Shown: piece after piece, positions 19,477 to 29,360 of the stretch
How positions within the stretch are numbered: position 1 is the stretch's first letter
Layout: each line of letters opens with the position of its first letter
DNA from: Candidatus Pacearchaeota archaeon
GTDB taxonomy: Archaea > Nanobdellota > Nanobdellia > Pacearchaeales > GW2011-AR1
DNA length: 64,000 nt
Assembly (NCBI GenBank): GCA_041648455.1
Contig: JBAZOZ010000001.1
Coordinates: 7,823 to 71,822 of the forward strand
Direction: 5' to 3'
Translations under genes and position numbers: made by a program
The notes under the pieces: generated by a model
What the model saw: only the letters and a program-made list of their open reading frames with translations
What the model was told of the DNA's origin: nothing
Databases searched by the model: none

Positions 19477-21267
19477 ATGGATGGACAAAAATCAAAGATA
19501 TTTGATAGGTTCCTTAATTTTGTACTTAGAAAGAGAAATCTTTATCTAATTTTGATAATTTTAATTGCATTAGTTCTTAGAATTACCATAGCCTCCAATG
19601 TATATCCTCTTGCAGATGAAATGAATGTTGCAGTGAGATCTATAAATATCCATAATTCCGGAACAATGAATTCTATAGATGAAAGTCACAGCTTTTATTT
19701 TTTAACTGAAATAGGATATAAATTAACTGGCTACATAAATCTTATTACAGCAAGAGCACCATCCATATTATTTGGAATATTATCAATCTTATTGATTTAT
19801 TTAATCGTTCTTAAGTTATACAGAGACGAAAAAATAGCATTGGTTTCTGCGTTTCTTGTTGCGATATCTGGATTTCAAATAAGATACAGCCTAGCTGAAA
19901 TGGATATCACCATGGCTTTTTTTGTTCTTCTTAGTTCTTACGCATTCCTCTCAGCAATTTATGACAAAAAAGATTATATGTATTATATTTCAGCGTTATT
20001 TTTAGGATTGGCTATAGCAACCAAAACTTTTGCAGGAGTATGGGTTTTGAGTTATCTTGCATTCGGAATTTTTTATATTTCTAAGAATAAAGAATATGGG
20101 AAGGAATATATTGGTAAAAAAGGATTAAAAATAATTTTAATTTGTTTTTTTATTGTTCTAATTAGTTTGGTTCCTGTAATTATTGCGAACTATCTTTTAT
20201 ACAAAGACAGGGGAATTGTAGATTTTCAAATAGCGAGATATCTGAATATAAACAAAGAATATTATGCAGGTATTAGCGGCATTGAATCTCCATTTTTATT
20301 AAGTCAAATTTTTACTGGAATGAAATCTGGAATTAATACATTTTGGATTTTAGACCCTGCAATAAGTGTGTTAGCGATTCTTGGATTCATATTAACCTTT
20401 AAAAAATATAGGGAAGCTAATATTTTTTTGTTCCTTTGGTTTTTGTTTACTTTTTTATTTATTTCTGGAACTGCCTGGTTAGAAACTCATTTTGTTTATA
20501 ACACGCTTATTTTTTCTATTTTTTCTGCATTATTTATAGTTAATTTCGACAAAATGTTATTGAAAAAAGGGGTTAAATTTTTCATTCCAGTTGCATTAAT
20601 TTTAATTTTGATGATAAATTTGTGGATTCTTGCTCCCCATTTGACAAGTAAAACGGCAATTTCAAAAATGAGAAGTTATACCATCGAGAATATTGAAAAA
20701 GATAGTTTAGTTATTGTTGATCAAAGAATTTTCAGAGGAAGAACTGCATTTATATTTAATGATAGATATTATTTAGAAGCAGCTTATTTACCACAAATTA
20801 TAAATCAATTTGGTTCTAGTTCGGTAGAAAAAGTTCGAGTCAAAACTTACTTTATAGAATGTTTAAAAGATGATTGTGGTTGGGGAAATATAAAAGACCA
20901 ACCTGAATTAAATAAAAGCATGGAGGATTTAATAAAAACATTCCAAGGTATTTCTTCGGAAAAGGCAACTATCTATGCGGGTGGCGGGGGCGATGAAAAA
21001 AAAGGTGAACCTTATTTTAAAATTTATGAAACTGCAATTGAATTAAATCCCGCAGCATTGAAAGCAACCGAACAAACCCATGTTCACTTTTTTTATCCGG
21101 TTAATTGGAAAGGGGAAATTTATGATAAGTACAATGTAAAAAATTCCGTGGATGGGATTGCAAATGAAATTGGGTTCTTTATTTTTTATTTAACAATCTT
21201 ATTAGAGATTTTATCTCCTTTTATACTAATCTGGTTTTTTAAAAGAGAAAAGATTAATCCAAATTAA
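19477..21267 (+). CDS. GT-C fold integral-membrane glycosyltransferase (PMT_2/ArnT-like), second copy
   Basis: 596 aa, polytopic. PLADEMN acidic motif in the first loop. Architecture similar to 532..2283. Confidence 0.55.
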   Translation: MDGQKSKIFDRFLNFVLRKRNLYLILIILIALVLRITIASNVYPLADEMNVAVRSINIHNSGTMNSIDESHSFYFLTEIGYKLTGYINLITARAPSILFGILSILLIYLIVLKLYRDEKIALVSAFLVAISGFQIRYSLAEMDITMAFFVLLSSYAFLSAIYDKKDYMYYISALFLGLAIATKTFAGVWVLSYLAFGIFYISKNKEYGKEYIGKKGLKIILICFFIVLISLVPVIIANYLLYKDRGIVDFQIARYLNINKEYYAGISGIESPFLLSQIFTGMKSGINTFWILDPAISVLAILGFILTFKKYREANIFLFLWFLFTFLFISGTAWLETHFVYNTLIFSIFSALFIVNFDKMLLKKGVKFFIPVALILILMINLWILAPHLTSKTAISKMRSYTIENIEKDSLVIVDQRIFRGRTAFIFNDRYYLEAAYLPQIINQFGSSSVEKVRVKTYFIECLKDDCGWGNIKDQPELNKSMEDLIKTFQGISSEKATIYAGGGGDEKKGEPYFKIYETAIELNPAALKATEQTHVHFFYPVNWKGEIYDKYNVKNSVDGIANEIGFFIFYLTILLEILSPFILIWFFKREKINPN

Positions 21268-21288
21268 AATACGACTGATGAAGTAAAA

Positions 21289-21999
21289 ATGAAATTTTTT
21301 AAAAATTATCTTAATTATAAGGTAAGTGCTCTTTTAAAAGAACATAATTTTAAATCTCCGATATTGGAAGTTGGATGTGGGACAGGGGAGACATTAGAAT
21401 TATTAAATAAAAACTACAAAATCGAAGGATTGGATTTTTCAGAACATGCAATAAAAAAATGCAAAGAAAAAAAATTGAATGCGCGAGTTGGAGATTTTTT
21501 TGAGAATAAAAAAAAATATAATTCTATTATTTGCCTGGATGTTATAGAACATGTAAAAGAAGATTCTAAATTTATACGGCATATAAACAAATGTTTGAAT
21601 AAAAACGGGAAATTATTTGCTTTAGTTCCGTCGGGAAAAATGATGAATGATGACGTGGGATATGGACATTATAGAAGATATTCTAAAGAAGAGATAATCA
21701 AAAAGATAGGGGGAGCAAACTTTAAAATTGAACATGCAGAAATGTTTGGCTATCCCTTTCTTCATTATTTGAGAATCGCCATGAATTATTTAATTTCGGG
21801 AAAGGAAGTTGAAAAAGAAGAAAAAGAAGAAAAAACAAAAAAGAGCTCTTATGAGAGTTTATTTGATAAAAGTTTTTTTAGCAAAATTGCTGATTTTTTT
21901 AACAACAGCAAGATTGTCCTTAAATTCTTATTATTGCAAGATTTTTTTATTAACCGAAACAAGGGGCTCGCAGTGATTGTTATTGCTAGGAAGATTTAG
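21289..21999 (+). CDS. class I SAM-dependent methyltransferase
   Basis: ILEVGCGTGETLELL motif I. ICLDVIEHV post-II motif. Confidence 0.75.
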   Translation: MKFFKNYLNYKVSALLKEHNFKSPILEVGCGTGETLELLNKNYKIEGLDFSEHAIKKCKEKKLNARVGDFFENKKKYNSIICLDVIEHVKEDSKFIRHINKCLNKNGKLFALVPSGKMMNDDVGYGHYRRYSKEEIIKKIGGANFKIEHAEMFGYPFLHYLRIAMNYLISGKEVEKEEKEEKTKKSSYESLFDKSFFSKIADFFNNSKIVLKFLLLQDFFINRNKGLAVIVIARKI

Positions 22000-22047
22000 A
22001 GTTAAGAATATAATTCTTTTCTTATCTAGTTAATGAATTTAATTTCC

Positions 22048-22728
22048 CTAAATTTGTCGTTGACTATAAATATTCTTTTTACGAGCATTAAGTATCTTCC
22101 CCATAAATGCAGTTAATCCATAAAAAGAAAATTTAGGATTATTTCCGTAGGTTAAGGCATGGAAGGGGTGTATTGTTTCCATATAATTTTGTATTGCTTT
22201 AGTGTCTCCATCTTTAATATTTAGAAAATCTAACTTAAGTGCTTGAAAAGTTACTCCTTCATGCATCTGTTTAACAATTCCCCGAATTATATCGGGTTCT
22301 GAACTAAAAGGAATAAAATCTGCCATGTCAGAAAATACTTTTGTTGCACACCATAATCCTCTTTGCATATGCCCTACTTCTGTAAATAATCCAATATCAT
22401 GAAATTTTTTTGGGATAATTTCATTTGCAAAAGCAAAATTTGCTATAGTATCTAAAGAACAAACACCTTGTCTCTTCTCTTCTAAAATTAAATATTCGTC
22501 TTTTACTCCTTTTTGCAAAGCATAATCTCTCGCTTGTTCACAAATTGGTTTTTCTCCTTCTAATAGATAAATTCCATTTAAACCAGAGTGAGAACCAGTA
22601 AGATAAAGGGGGATGCGAGCTCCATGAACGGTTCCTATTTCATTATGAATTTTTATTACATGATTTGTTCTTGGTCTTGTTTTAGCATTTTCTCCTGCTA
22701 ACACCATTAAAAGTTCTAAGTTTTCCAT
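22048..22728 (-). CDS. DUF218 (YdcF/ElyC-like) domain protein
   Basis: LLMVLAGEN...IPLYLTGSHSG...YALQKGVKDEYLILEEKRQGVCSLDTIANFAF parallels the DUF218 core (vvLGg...iisGg...yl...Gvp.e.illE.qS.nTyeNa.fs). Confidence 0.5.
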   Translation of the reverse strand: MENLELLMVLAGENAKTRPRTNHVIKIHNEIGTVHGARIPLYLTGSHSGLNGIYLLEGEKPICEQARDYALQKGVKDEYLILEEKRQGVCSLDTIANFAFANEIIPKKFHDIGLFTEVGHMQRGLWCATKVFSDMADFIPFSSEPDIIRGIVKQMHEGVTFQALKLDFLNIKDGDTKAIQNYMETIHPFHALTYGNNPKFSFYGLTAFMGKILNARKKNIYSQRQI

Positions 22729-22776
22729 TAAAGGGCAATTTGGGAAGAGTTTATAAGTTTTATTATAGAAATCTAT

Positions 22777-23340
22777 TTAGTTTGGAGTAAGTAAATATAT
22801 ACAAAGAGTAATTATTAAAGATATTAAGATTAATAAGATCAATAAAATTATTTTAGATATTTTAGAAATTAAATGTAGTTTTTTAGGATAGATTTTTCTT
22901 TCGCATTTTTTTAATCCTGAAAGGTCTCTAAATGAATCTATAAAGAAACCCATTGGAGCTCCAATAAATAAAGCAAAAATAGAAGTCAAAAGAGTTGCGG
23001 AGAGTATTTTAAAAAAATTAGTTTCTCCTGCAATAAAATAAATAATTGGTGCTGTTAATAAATTAAAGATTCCTAGATAAATAGCATCGTGAAAAATTTG
23101 TATTTTTTCATTAGTTTTATGAGTGATATGAAAAAGTTTTCTTGAAAGATCTCTGCCTCCAGAAATTAATTTTCCTAAACCTAAAAAAGATAGTATTATA
23201 GCATAAGCCCGAGCACGAATAGAATTTAAATCGCTTATTTTGGATATGGCATTTTCTAAAAAAACAAAAAATGGTGTAGAAAAAGTTATTATAGCAGTAG
23301 TATCTATTAAATGATATTTTATAAATTTCTTAAATCCCAT
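22777..23340 (-). CDS. integral membrane protein, function unknown
   Basis: 187 aa with 5-6 TM helices. No recognisable motif. Confidence 0.4.
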   Translation of the reverse strand: MGFKKFIKYHLIDTTAIITFSTPFFVFLENAISKISDLNSIRARAYAIILSFLGLGKLISGGRDLSRKLFHITHKTNEKIQIFHDAIYLGIFNLLTAPIIYFIAGETNFFKILSATLLTSIFALFIGAPMGFFIDSFRDLSGLKKCERKIYPKKLHLISKISKIILLILLILISLIITLCIYLLTPN

Positions 23341-23429
23341 AATTTTTCCATGATGGAGTTATTTTTAAAATTAACGAGTATATTACAGATTATAACAAAT
23401 CTTTAAAACACATACATATAGAGAAATAC

Positions 23430-24113
23430 ATGATTGAATCAAAAAAAGAATACATCGTCATCCCGGCATACAACGAAGAAAAGAGTTTGGGGAAAGTTGT
23501 AGATGATTTAAGAAAAAATAAATTTGAAAATATAATCGTTGTTAATGATGGTTCTATAGACAATACATTTGAAGTTGCCAAGAACAAAAAAGTAAAGATA
23601 TATTCTCATATAATTAATCGCGGTTTGGGAGGAGCATTGAATACCGGAATTTCAGCAGCACTAATGAACCATGCAGATATTATTGCAACTTGCGACGCTG
23701 ATGGGCAGCACGACCCAATGGATGTTAAAAGAGCTATAGAATTTTTAAAAAAAGAAAATTTAGATGTTGTTATTGGTTCAAGGCTAATAAACTCAAAAGG
23801 AATGCCCATATCAAGAAGAATTATTAATTCTGGCGCTAGTTTTGTTACTCAATTATTATTTGGAATTTATTCAACAGACACCCAATCTGGATTGAGAGTT
23901 TTTACTAAAGAAGCTGCAGAAAAGATAATAATAAAAACAAATAAAATGGAAGTCTCGTCGGAGATTATTAAAGAAATAGGAAGGAATAAATTAAAATTTA
24001 AAGAAATTCCTATAAAAGCTATATACACTGATTATTCTATAGAAAAAGGCCAAAGAGGATTAAATGCTTTTAACATTGCATACAAACTTATGTTAAGGAA
24101 AATTATGAAATGA
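23430..24113 (+). CDS. GT2 polyprenol-phosphate glycosyltransferase (DPM1/GtrB-like)
   Basis: YIVIPAYNEEKSLGKVVDDL...IIVVNDGSIDNT...TCDADGQHDP is typical of dolichyl-phosphate mannose/glucose synthases. Confidence 0.8.
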   Translation: MIESKKEYIVIPAYNEEKSLGKVVDDLRKNKFENIIVVNDGSIDNTFEVAKNKKVKIYSHIINRGLGGALNTGISAALMNHADIIATCDADGQHDPMDVKRAIEFLKKENLDVVIGSRLINSKGMPISRRIINSGASFVTQLLFGIYSTDTQSGLRVFTKEAAEKIIIKTNKMEVSSEIIKEIGRNKLKFKEIPIKAIYTDYSIEKGQRGLNAFNIAYKLMLRKIMK

Positions 24114-24135
24114 AAAATTTTCAATTTTTCAATCA

Positions 24136-24180
24136 TTTAAACACTCACGCGACACGGCGTCACAGGAACGTGTTCAAATA
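24136..24180 (+). promoter_or_regulatory. palindromic box TTTAAACAC-N7-ACACGGCGTCAC-N5-CGTGTTCAAATA ending 2 nt before the ATG (copy 1 of 3)
   Basis: Near-identical copies at 39218..39261 and 40253..40297. Inner inverted repeat ACACGG/CCGTGT. TTTAAA could serve as a TATA box. Confidence 0.5.
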
Positions 24181-24182
24181 AA

Positions 24183-24506
24183 ATGATAATTCAATGGGTA
24201 ATCTTAATTTTAGTACTTTTTATGTATTTCAAACTTTTAATGGATTTGAAAAAAGGGAGAATTTCCTTGAGAAGATTTTTCTTTTGGTTGTTTATCTGGA
24301 CAGGACTTTCGTTAATTACATATTTTCCTCAAATAGTTTTCTTTTTTTCTAATTTAATTGGTATTGAAAGAGCCAAGGATTTGCCTATTTATGTTTCTAT
24401 AATTTTATTATTTTATCTATTATTCAAAATAAGTATAAGAATAGAAGAAATTGAACAGGGAATAACTAAAATAGTTAAAAAGATTGCGCTGGGAGTTAAG
24501 GAATGA
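24183..24506 (+). CDS. DUF2304-family small membrane protein (GtrA-like partner of DPM1-type GT2)
   Basis: 107 aa with 3 TM helices. Immediately downstream of the GT2. The hydrophobic pattern WVILILVLFMYFKLLMDLKKGRISLRRFFFWLFIW fits the family. Confidence 0.45.
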   Translation: MIIQWVILILVLFMYFKLLMDLKKGRISLRRFFFWLFIWTGLSLITYFPQIVFFFSNLIGIERAKDLPIYVSIILLFYLLFKISIRIEEIEQGITKIVKKIALGVKE

Positions 24507-24712
24507 AAATACAAAAATTAAAAATTTTTACCCTTCCACATGGAAAACAAGAAATTTTAGAAGAAATAAGAATTTTTTTACCACTTATGGAAAATAAGAA
24601 AAACAGAAAAGTTTTTCATCTCTCCAAATCAAGAAGATTTGAAGATAAGAAATTTTCTGTCCCATTCAAAATAGGAAATTTTGAAGACAAACATAGGAGA
24701 TGTTCGAGATGA
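24503..24712 (+). other. 69-codon mini-ORF / intergenic repeat element (paralogous to 57374..57505)
   Basis: MKIQKLKIFTLPHGKQEILEE... The first 45 nt are almost identical to 57374-57418. ATGA overlaps at both ends (24503/24506 and 24709/24712). Confidence 0.4.
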
Positions 24713-26184
24713 AAATAGAAAAGAAAATTATCTTTGTAAATCCACCCTCGGAGACAAAAATTATTAGAGAGGGAAGATGTGAACAAAGAGCAGATTCTTA
24801 TCAATATCTTATGGTTCCAATTTCTTTACCGTCGAGTGCGGCAGTTTTGCGTGAAGCTGATTTTGATGTTAAGATAATTGATTGTATTGCAGATGAAATA
24901 AATTTAAAAGAACTAGAAGAAATATTAAAAAAGGAATCTCCGTTTTTTGTTATCATTAATGTTGCTACTATGTCTTTTGCAAAAGATAAACTTGCTGCGG
25001 AAATTTGTAATAAATTGAAAATTCCGTGCGCAGCAATGGGAATGCATGTAACAACTCTTCCTGAAGAATCACTTAAAGAATCAAAATTTGATTTTGTTAT
25101 TCGTGGAGAACCAGAAATGACTGCATTAAATCTTGCAAAAGCAATTGGAAAAGATAATTTGTTAAAGCAAGTTAGAGGAATTAGTTATACAGAAAATAGG
25201 GAATTTTCTGTCTCACAAACTTCTAAGGGAAAACAAGAAGTTCGTGATAGAAAAAAGGAAAAAATAATTCATAATAAGGATGCTGAATTAATTCAGAATT
25301 TAGATGAATTGCCTTTTCCTGCCAGAGATTTATTAAAAAATGAAAAATATATTGAACCATTGACGCAAGATCCTTATACTCTTGTAATTACTGGTAGGGG
25401 TTGCCCATATGGTTGCATCTTTTGCACTGCAGATAAATATTATGGAAAAAAACAACGAATAAGAAGTCCTAAAAATATTGTGGATGAGATTGAAGAAATT
25501 ATAAGAAAATATGGAATTACTCATATTGGGATGTGGAATGATACATTCACCTTTAATAAAGAACAAGTAATAGGCATATCAAAAGAAATATTAAAAAGAA
25601 ATATTAAAATAATTTGGTTTTGCAACAGCAGAGTTGATACTTTCGACGAGGAAAGGGCAAAATGGATGTCCCAATCTGGATGTAAGGTAATAACTTTCGG
25701 AGTTGAGAGTTTGGACGAAGAAATTTTGAAAAGAGCAAAGAAAAATATAACTTTAGAACAAGTAAAGAACGCTGTTGAAATATGCAAGAGGTATAATATC
25801 GGAAGTCAACTACATTTGATATTCGGCTTGCCTGGAGAAACAGAAAAAACAATCGAAAACACAATAAAGAACGTCATAAAATTAGACCCCGACTATGCAC
25901 AATTTTATTGTGCCGTCCCATTTCCTGGAACAGAATTTAGAGAATATGTTTTAAAAAATAATTTTCTTAAAGAAGTTCCATGGAGCCAATATGAAATAAA
26001 TAACTCGCTGATTTCTTATCCTAATCTTTCCAGCAAGAAAATTCAATATGCAAGAAAAAAAGCATATAGAAAATTTTATCTAAGACCAAAATATATTCTT
26101 AAAAAAATGAAAAAATTCCCAATGAAAGAATGGAGGAAAATTTCTGTTCAAGCTTATAATTTTTTTAAGGGGTGGGTTTTCTAA
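24709..26184 (+). CDS. B12-binding domain radical SAM enzyme (start more likely 24709 than 24700)
   Basis: B12-like N-terminal domain (FFVIINVATMSF...AMGMHVT). Radical SAM cluster (TGRGCPYGCIFCTAD). Confidence 0.8.
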   Translation: MKIEKKIIFVNPPSETKIIREGRCEQRADSYQYLMVPISLPSSAAVLREADFDVKIIDCIADEINLKELEEILKKESPFFVIINVATMSFAKDKLAAEICNKLKIPCAAMGMHVTTLPEESLKESKFDFVIRGEPEMTALNLAKAIGKDNLLKQVRGISYTENREFSVSQTSKGKQEVRDRKKEKIIHNKDAELIQNLDELPFPARDLLKNEKYIEPLTQDPYTLVITGRGCPYGCIFCTADKYYGKKQRIRSPKNIVDEIEEIIRKYGITHIGMWNDTFTFNKEQVIGISKEILKRNIKIIWFCNSRVDTFDEERAKWMSQSGCKVITFGVESLDEEILKRAKKNITLEQVKNAVEICKRYNIGSQLHLIFGLPGETEKTIENTIKNVIKLDPDYAQFYCAVPFPGTEFREYVLKNNFLKEVPWSQYEINNSLISYPNLSSKKIQYARKKAYRKFYLRPKYILKKMKKFPMKEWRKISVQAYNFFKGWVF

Positions 26185-26195
26185 TTTAGTTAATT

Positions 26196-26645
26196 TTATT
26201 TATATTTTATAATATCATATATTATTGATAGTTTGAGAGTTTTTTCCCAATAAGTTGTTTGATCTACCAAATCTAAAAGCAAATGAAATCCAAATCCGAC
26301 AAAGATAAAAATAAAATAATTGAAGGCAAAAGAGAGAAAAATAAGAATTATCAAAACTTCTATTCCGTGAAAAATAAATATCTTCCTCGGCAATTTATTT
26401 CTTTCTTCCCAAGGCAAACTTCTGCAATATTTATCTTCTTGGATAAATAAATGATATGCTTCTTTTAGATTAAAATCTTTTTTTTTGTAAATATAAAATA
26501 AATAGTGATCAAAATCTATTAACACCGACGACAAAATTATTATTGAAAATCCAAAATAATTTATTTTTGGAAAGAGCAGGAAAAGTGCTGCGGCAAAAAC
26601 AAACCCGAAAAAAATATGTTGTTTTAGATACATTTTAACTCTCAA
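26196..26645 (-). CDS. small polytopic membrane protein (possible YdjM-like membrane-bound metal-dependent hydrolase)
   Basis: 149 aa with 4 TM helices. IDFDHY motif. Weak call. Confidence 0.3.
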   Translation of the reverse strand: MRVKMYLKQHIFFGFVFAAALFLLFPKINYFGFSIIILSSVLIDFDHYLFYIYKKKDFNLKEAYHLFIQEDKYCRSLPWEERNKLPRKIFIFHGIEVLIILIFLSFAFNYFIFIFVGFGFHLLLDLVDQTTYWEKTLKLSIIYDIIKYK

Positions 26646-28185
26646 TATTTTTTATTATTTCTGCAAATGCTGGCCGAGTTATTAATATTCCAACACTCAC
26701 CCCGATTATAGTTGTTATCGCGAATCCCTTTAACATTCCTGCACCTGCCCACATCAAAGGAAGCATTGCGGCGATTATTGTAAAAAATGCCCCTAAAATA
26801 ATAAATAAAGCTCGTTTTATTCTTTCTTTAATTCCAAGATTAATATTAGAAATTGATTCATCGATAATAACTATTTGGTCATTAACCCCCGTACCCATCC
26901 CTGCAATTATTCCTGCAATACTTGGTGCATCTAAATTCCAACTAATAAATGCTGCAATTCCCAATGTTATAAATGCCTCGGAAAACATAGTCATAATTAC
27001 GGATAAAGTAACTTTAAACTTTTTATAGGTAAAAAATAAAATTATAGAAATTATTGCAAAAACTAATAACGCCAATAAAATTATATTTTTTAAGAATTCT
27101 TTTCCTAAAGAAGGAGAAATTGTATCTAATTTTACTATTTTTAATTTGTAAGGCAAACTGCCAGTTATTAACACAGTTTGCAATTTATGCATAGATTCTG
27201 TTGCGCTATCATATGCTTCAGATTGTGTTGCACCACCTCCAGATCCTGAAATTTGTATTTGAGTTGTAACTCTCCCCTTAAGATCTTCGCTGATTAATAA
27301 ACTGTCAACTAATTTGTCATCGAGATATAAATCTAATTTTTGACTTAGATAATTTCCTTGCTGTGTTGAATTGACATCTAATTTTTTTGTTATCTCTGCG
27401 TGCCTTTCCGCGGCTTGCTGGCTTAGATAAACAGCAAATCTGAATGTACAAAAATAAATTCCATCCTGAGCTTTATTACAGGCTTCTATTCCTGCACAAG
27501 TAGCATCATTTCTACATACAGAAGATATATCTTTTTCACCTCCGATAAATACTGTTTCGTTTCCAATTTTAGCTTCGAATTTTCCCTGTTTTGAAATTAA
27601 ATCTTCTAAATCCTTCGGTGTTGCGCCCGCAATTTCAATAAGAATAAAACGATTTCCAGATAAATCTGAAACTGGAAGTATTTTCATATCACTTATACCA
27701 TAGACATTCATCCTATTTTCTATTACTGCAATTAAATCAGTAATTTCATTGGAAGAAAGTTTTTTCTCTTCTGCTTCTATGAGTGCACGGGAACCTCCAG
27801 ACAAATCCAAACCAGTTTGTATATTTGTTTTCTTAATAGTTGAAATGGTAATCTCGGGAACATTTCTTGAAAAATAAATTATCTCTAAATCTTTCGTTTT
27901 AAAAATAATTTTCTCGCTTTCGTTTGAATTAAATTTTCCTTCAAGAGATTCTGTAAAATCATCTATGTTTTCTATTTTTTTATCATCTATAAAAGTAATT
28001 ATTTGCCCTTGTCTAAATCCTTGTTCAAATGCGCTTGAATTCGCCTCGACGCTGGTTATTTCTATCCCTTTTTCCAAAGCTTTCCATGGAGAGATTGCTA
28101 AAAGTGCTAAAATTAATGCTATGATTAATATCCAAATTCTAAATCCAATTTTCATTTTATAAAAATCCTCCAGATTTTTAAACAT
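26635..28185 (-). CDS. secD: protein-export membrane protein SecD
   Basis: 516 aa. N-terminal TM helix, large extracytoplasmic domain and C-terminal 5-TM bundle (LFIILGAFFTIIAAMLPLMWAGAG...). Directly downstream of secF, the archaeal secF-secD order. Confidence 0.8.
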   Translation of the reverse strand: MFKNLEDFYKMKIGFRIWILIIALILALLAISPWKALEKGIEITSVEANSSAFEQGFRQGQIITFIDDKKIENIDDFTESLEGKFNSNESEKIIFKTKDLEIIYFSRNVPEITISTIKKTNIQTGLDLSGGSRALIEAEEKKLSSNEITDLIAVIENRMNVYGISDMKILPVSDLSGNRFILIEIAGATPKDLEDLISKQGKFEAKIGNETVFIGGEKDISSVCRNDATCAGIEACNKAQDGIYFCTFRFAVYLSQQAAERHAEITKKLDVNSTQQGNYLSQKLDLYLDDKLVDSLLISEDLKGRVTTQIQISGSGGGATQSEAYDSATESMHKLQTVLITGSLPYKLKIVKLDTISPSLGKEFLKNIILLALLVFAIISIILFFTYKKFKVTLSVIMTMFSEAFITLGIAAFISWNLDAPSIAGIIAGMGTGVNDQIVIIDESISNINLGIKERIKRALFIILGAFFTIIAAMLPLMWAGAGMLKGFAITTIIGVSVGILITRPAFAEIIKNIES

Positions 28186-28204
28186 GAAAAATCATAAAGA
28201 CTTT

Positions 28205-29125
28205 TCATTGTATTCCTTTCTTTTCACAATACCATTTAATTATGCTTACATTCGTAACCCAAGTATTCAAAATATCAGCAAGTAATCCTAACGCTAAAAT
28301 AAGAAAAATTTGCCTGAAGGAATTTGGAAGGGCAGTTATTAATAGAAAAGCTGGAAGAACTGCGGCCAAGGCAGTTAGTGTCATTAAAATTCCAGTTTTA
28401 AATGACCTAAAAATTCTGAAATTTAAACTTCCTTCTGAATTTTTCAAAACTCTTGTTGTTAAAAGTATATCTGTATCCACGCTATAACCAACTAGCATCA
28501 AGAATGCTGCTATTCCTGCTGCAGAAATTTTCATTCCAAAATAATCAATTAATGCCAAGGGCATTACTATATCTGCAAATACTGAAAAAATAACAGCAAT
28601 ACTCGGAATAAAAGTTCTGAATAAAATAAATATAACTAGGGACATTAAAATAAAAGATATGACTAATGCAAATATTAATTGTCTATAAAAATCCTTACTT
28701 AAACTTGAACCAGTAAACTCTATGCTTGAATTTTCGTCATTCAACGAATACCCCAAAATTTTTTCTATTTCTGGCTTTAACTCTTCTATTGAAGAAGAAC
28801 TTTGAATAACTAAAGCTATTGGTTTTCTCGTGGTCAAATCTGTAAGTTTATTAAAAGAAATTCCCGGAAATTCTTCTTCTAAACCTAATTCTAAATTAGT
28901 TGAATCTATATCTCCCTTCAGAGTAATAGTAGTTCCTCCAGAAAGAGAAACATCTCTTATGATAAAATCTCCCGTCCTCGAATAAAAACTAAAAAGATAA
29001 ACTAAAGAAATTATTAAAATGATTATCGGAACTAATAAAAATAATTTATAGTATTTGTCATGGAATTTTCCAAAATTGAATTTTTCTTTTTTAAGCGACT
29101 CTGCAGTTTGTTGTTCTGATTCCAT
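28205..29125 (-). CDS. secF: protein-export membrane protein SecF
   Basis: 306 aa. N-terminal TM helix, periplasmic domain and C-terminal 5-TM bundle (GILMTLTALAAVLPAFLLITALPNSFRQIFLILALGLLADI). Confidence 0.8.
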   Translation of the reverse strand: MESEQQTAESLKKEKFNFGKFHDKYYKLFLLVPIIILIISLVYLFSFYSRTGDFIIRDVSLSGGTTITLKGDIDSTNLELGLEEEFPGISFNKLTDLTTRKPIALVIQSSSSIEELKPEIEKILGYSLNDENSSIEFTGSSLSKDFYRQLIFALVISFILMSLVIFILFRTFIPSIAVIFSVFADIVMPLALIDYFGMKISAAGIAAFLMLVGYSVDTDILLTTRVLKNSEGSLNFRIFRSFKTGILMTLTALAAVLPAFLLITALPNSFRQIFLILALGLLADILNTWVTNVSIIKWYCEKKGIQ

Positions 29126-29254
29126 TAAAATATAGAAGAAATATGTTTTTTAAAGTTATTTATCAAGTTATAGTGAAAGACGTAAGTCTCTCCCTAAATA
29201 CTCAACGACAAATTGGGGAAATATCAATGTCGTTGACTATAATTAAATAAAAAT

Positions 29255-29325
29255 GCGCCGGCCGGGAATTGAACCCGGGCCCTCAGCTTGGAAGGCTGAC
29301 ATTCTACCGTTAAACCACCAGCGCA
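29255..29325 (-). tRNA. tRNA-Gly (anticodon UCC)
   Basis: Minus-strand GCGCTGGTGGTTTAACGGTAGAATGTCAGCCTTCCAAGCTGAGGGCCCGGGTTCAATTCCCGGCCGGCGCA. Full cloverleaf, loop CUUCCAA. CCA not encoded. Confidence 0.85.
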
Positions 29326-29360
29326 TAAATTAATCATCGCAAAAGAGTTTTAAAGTTTTA

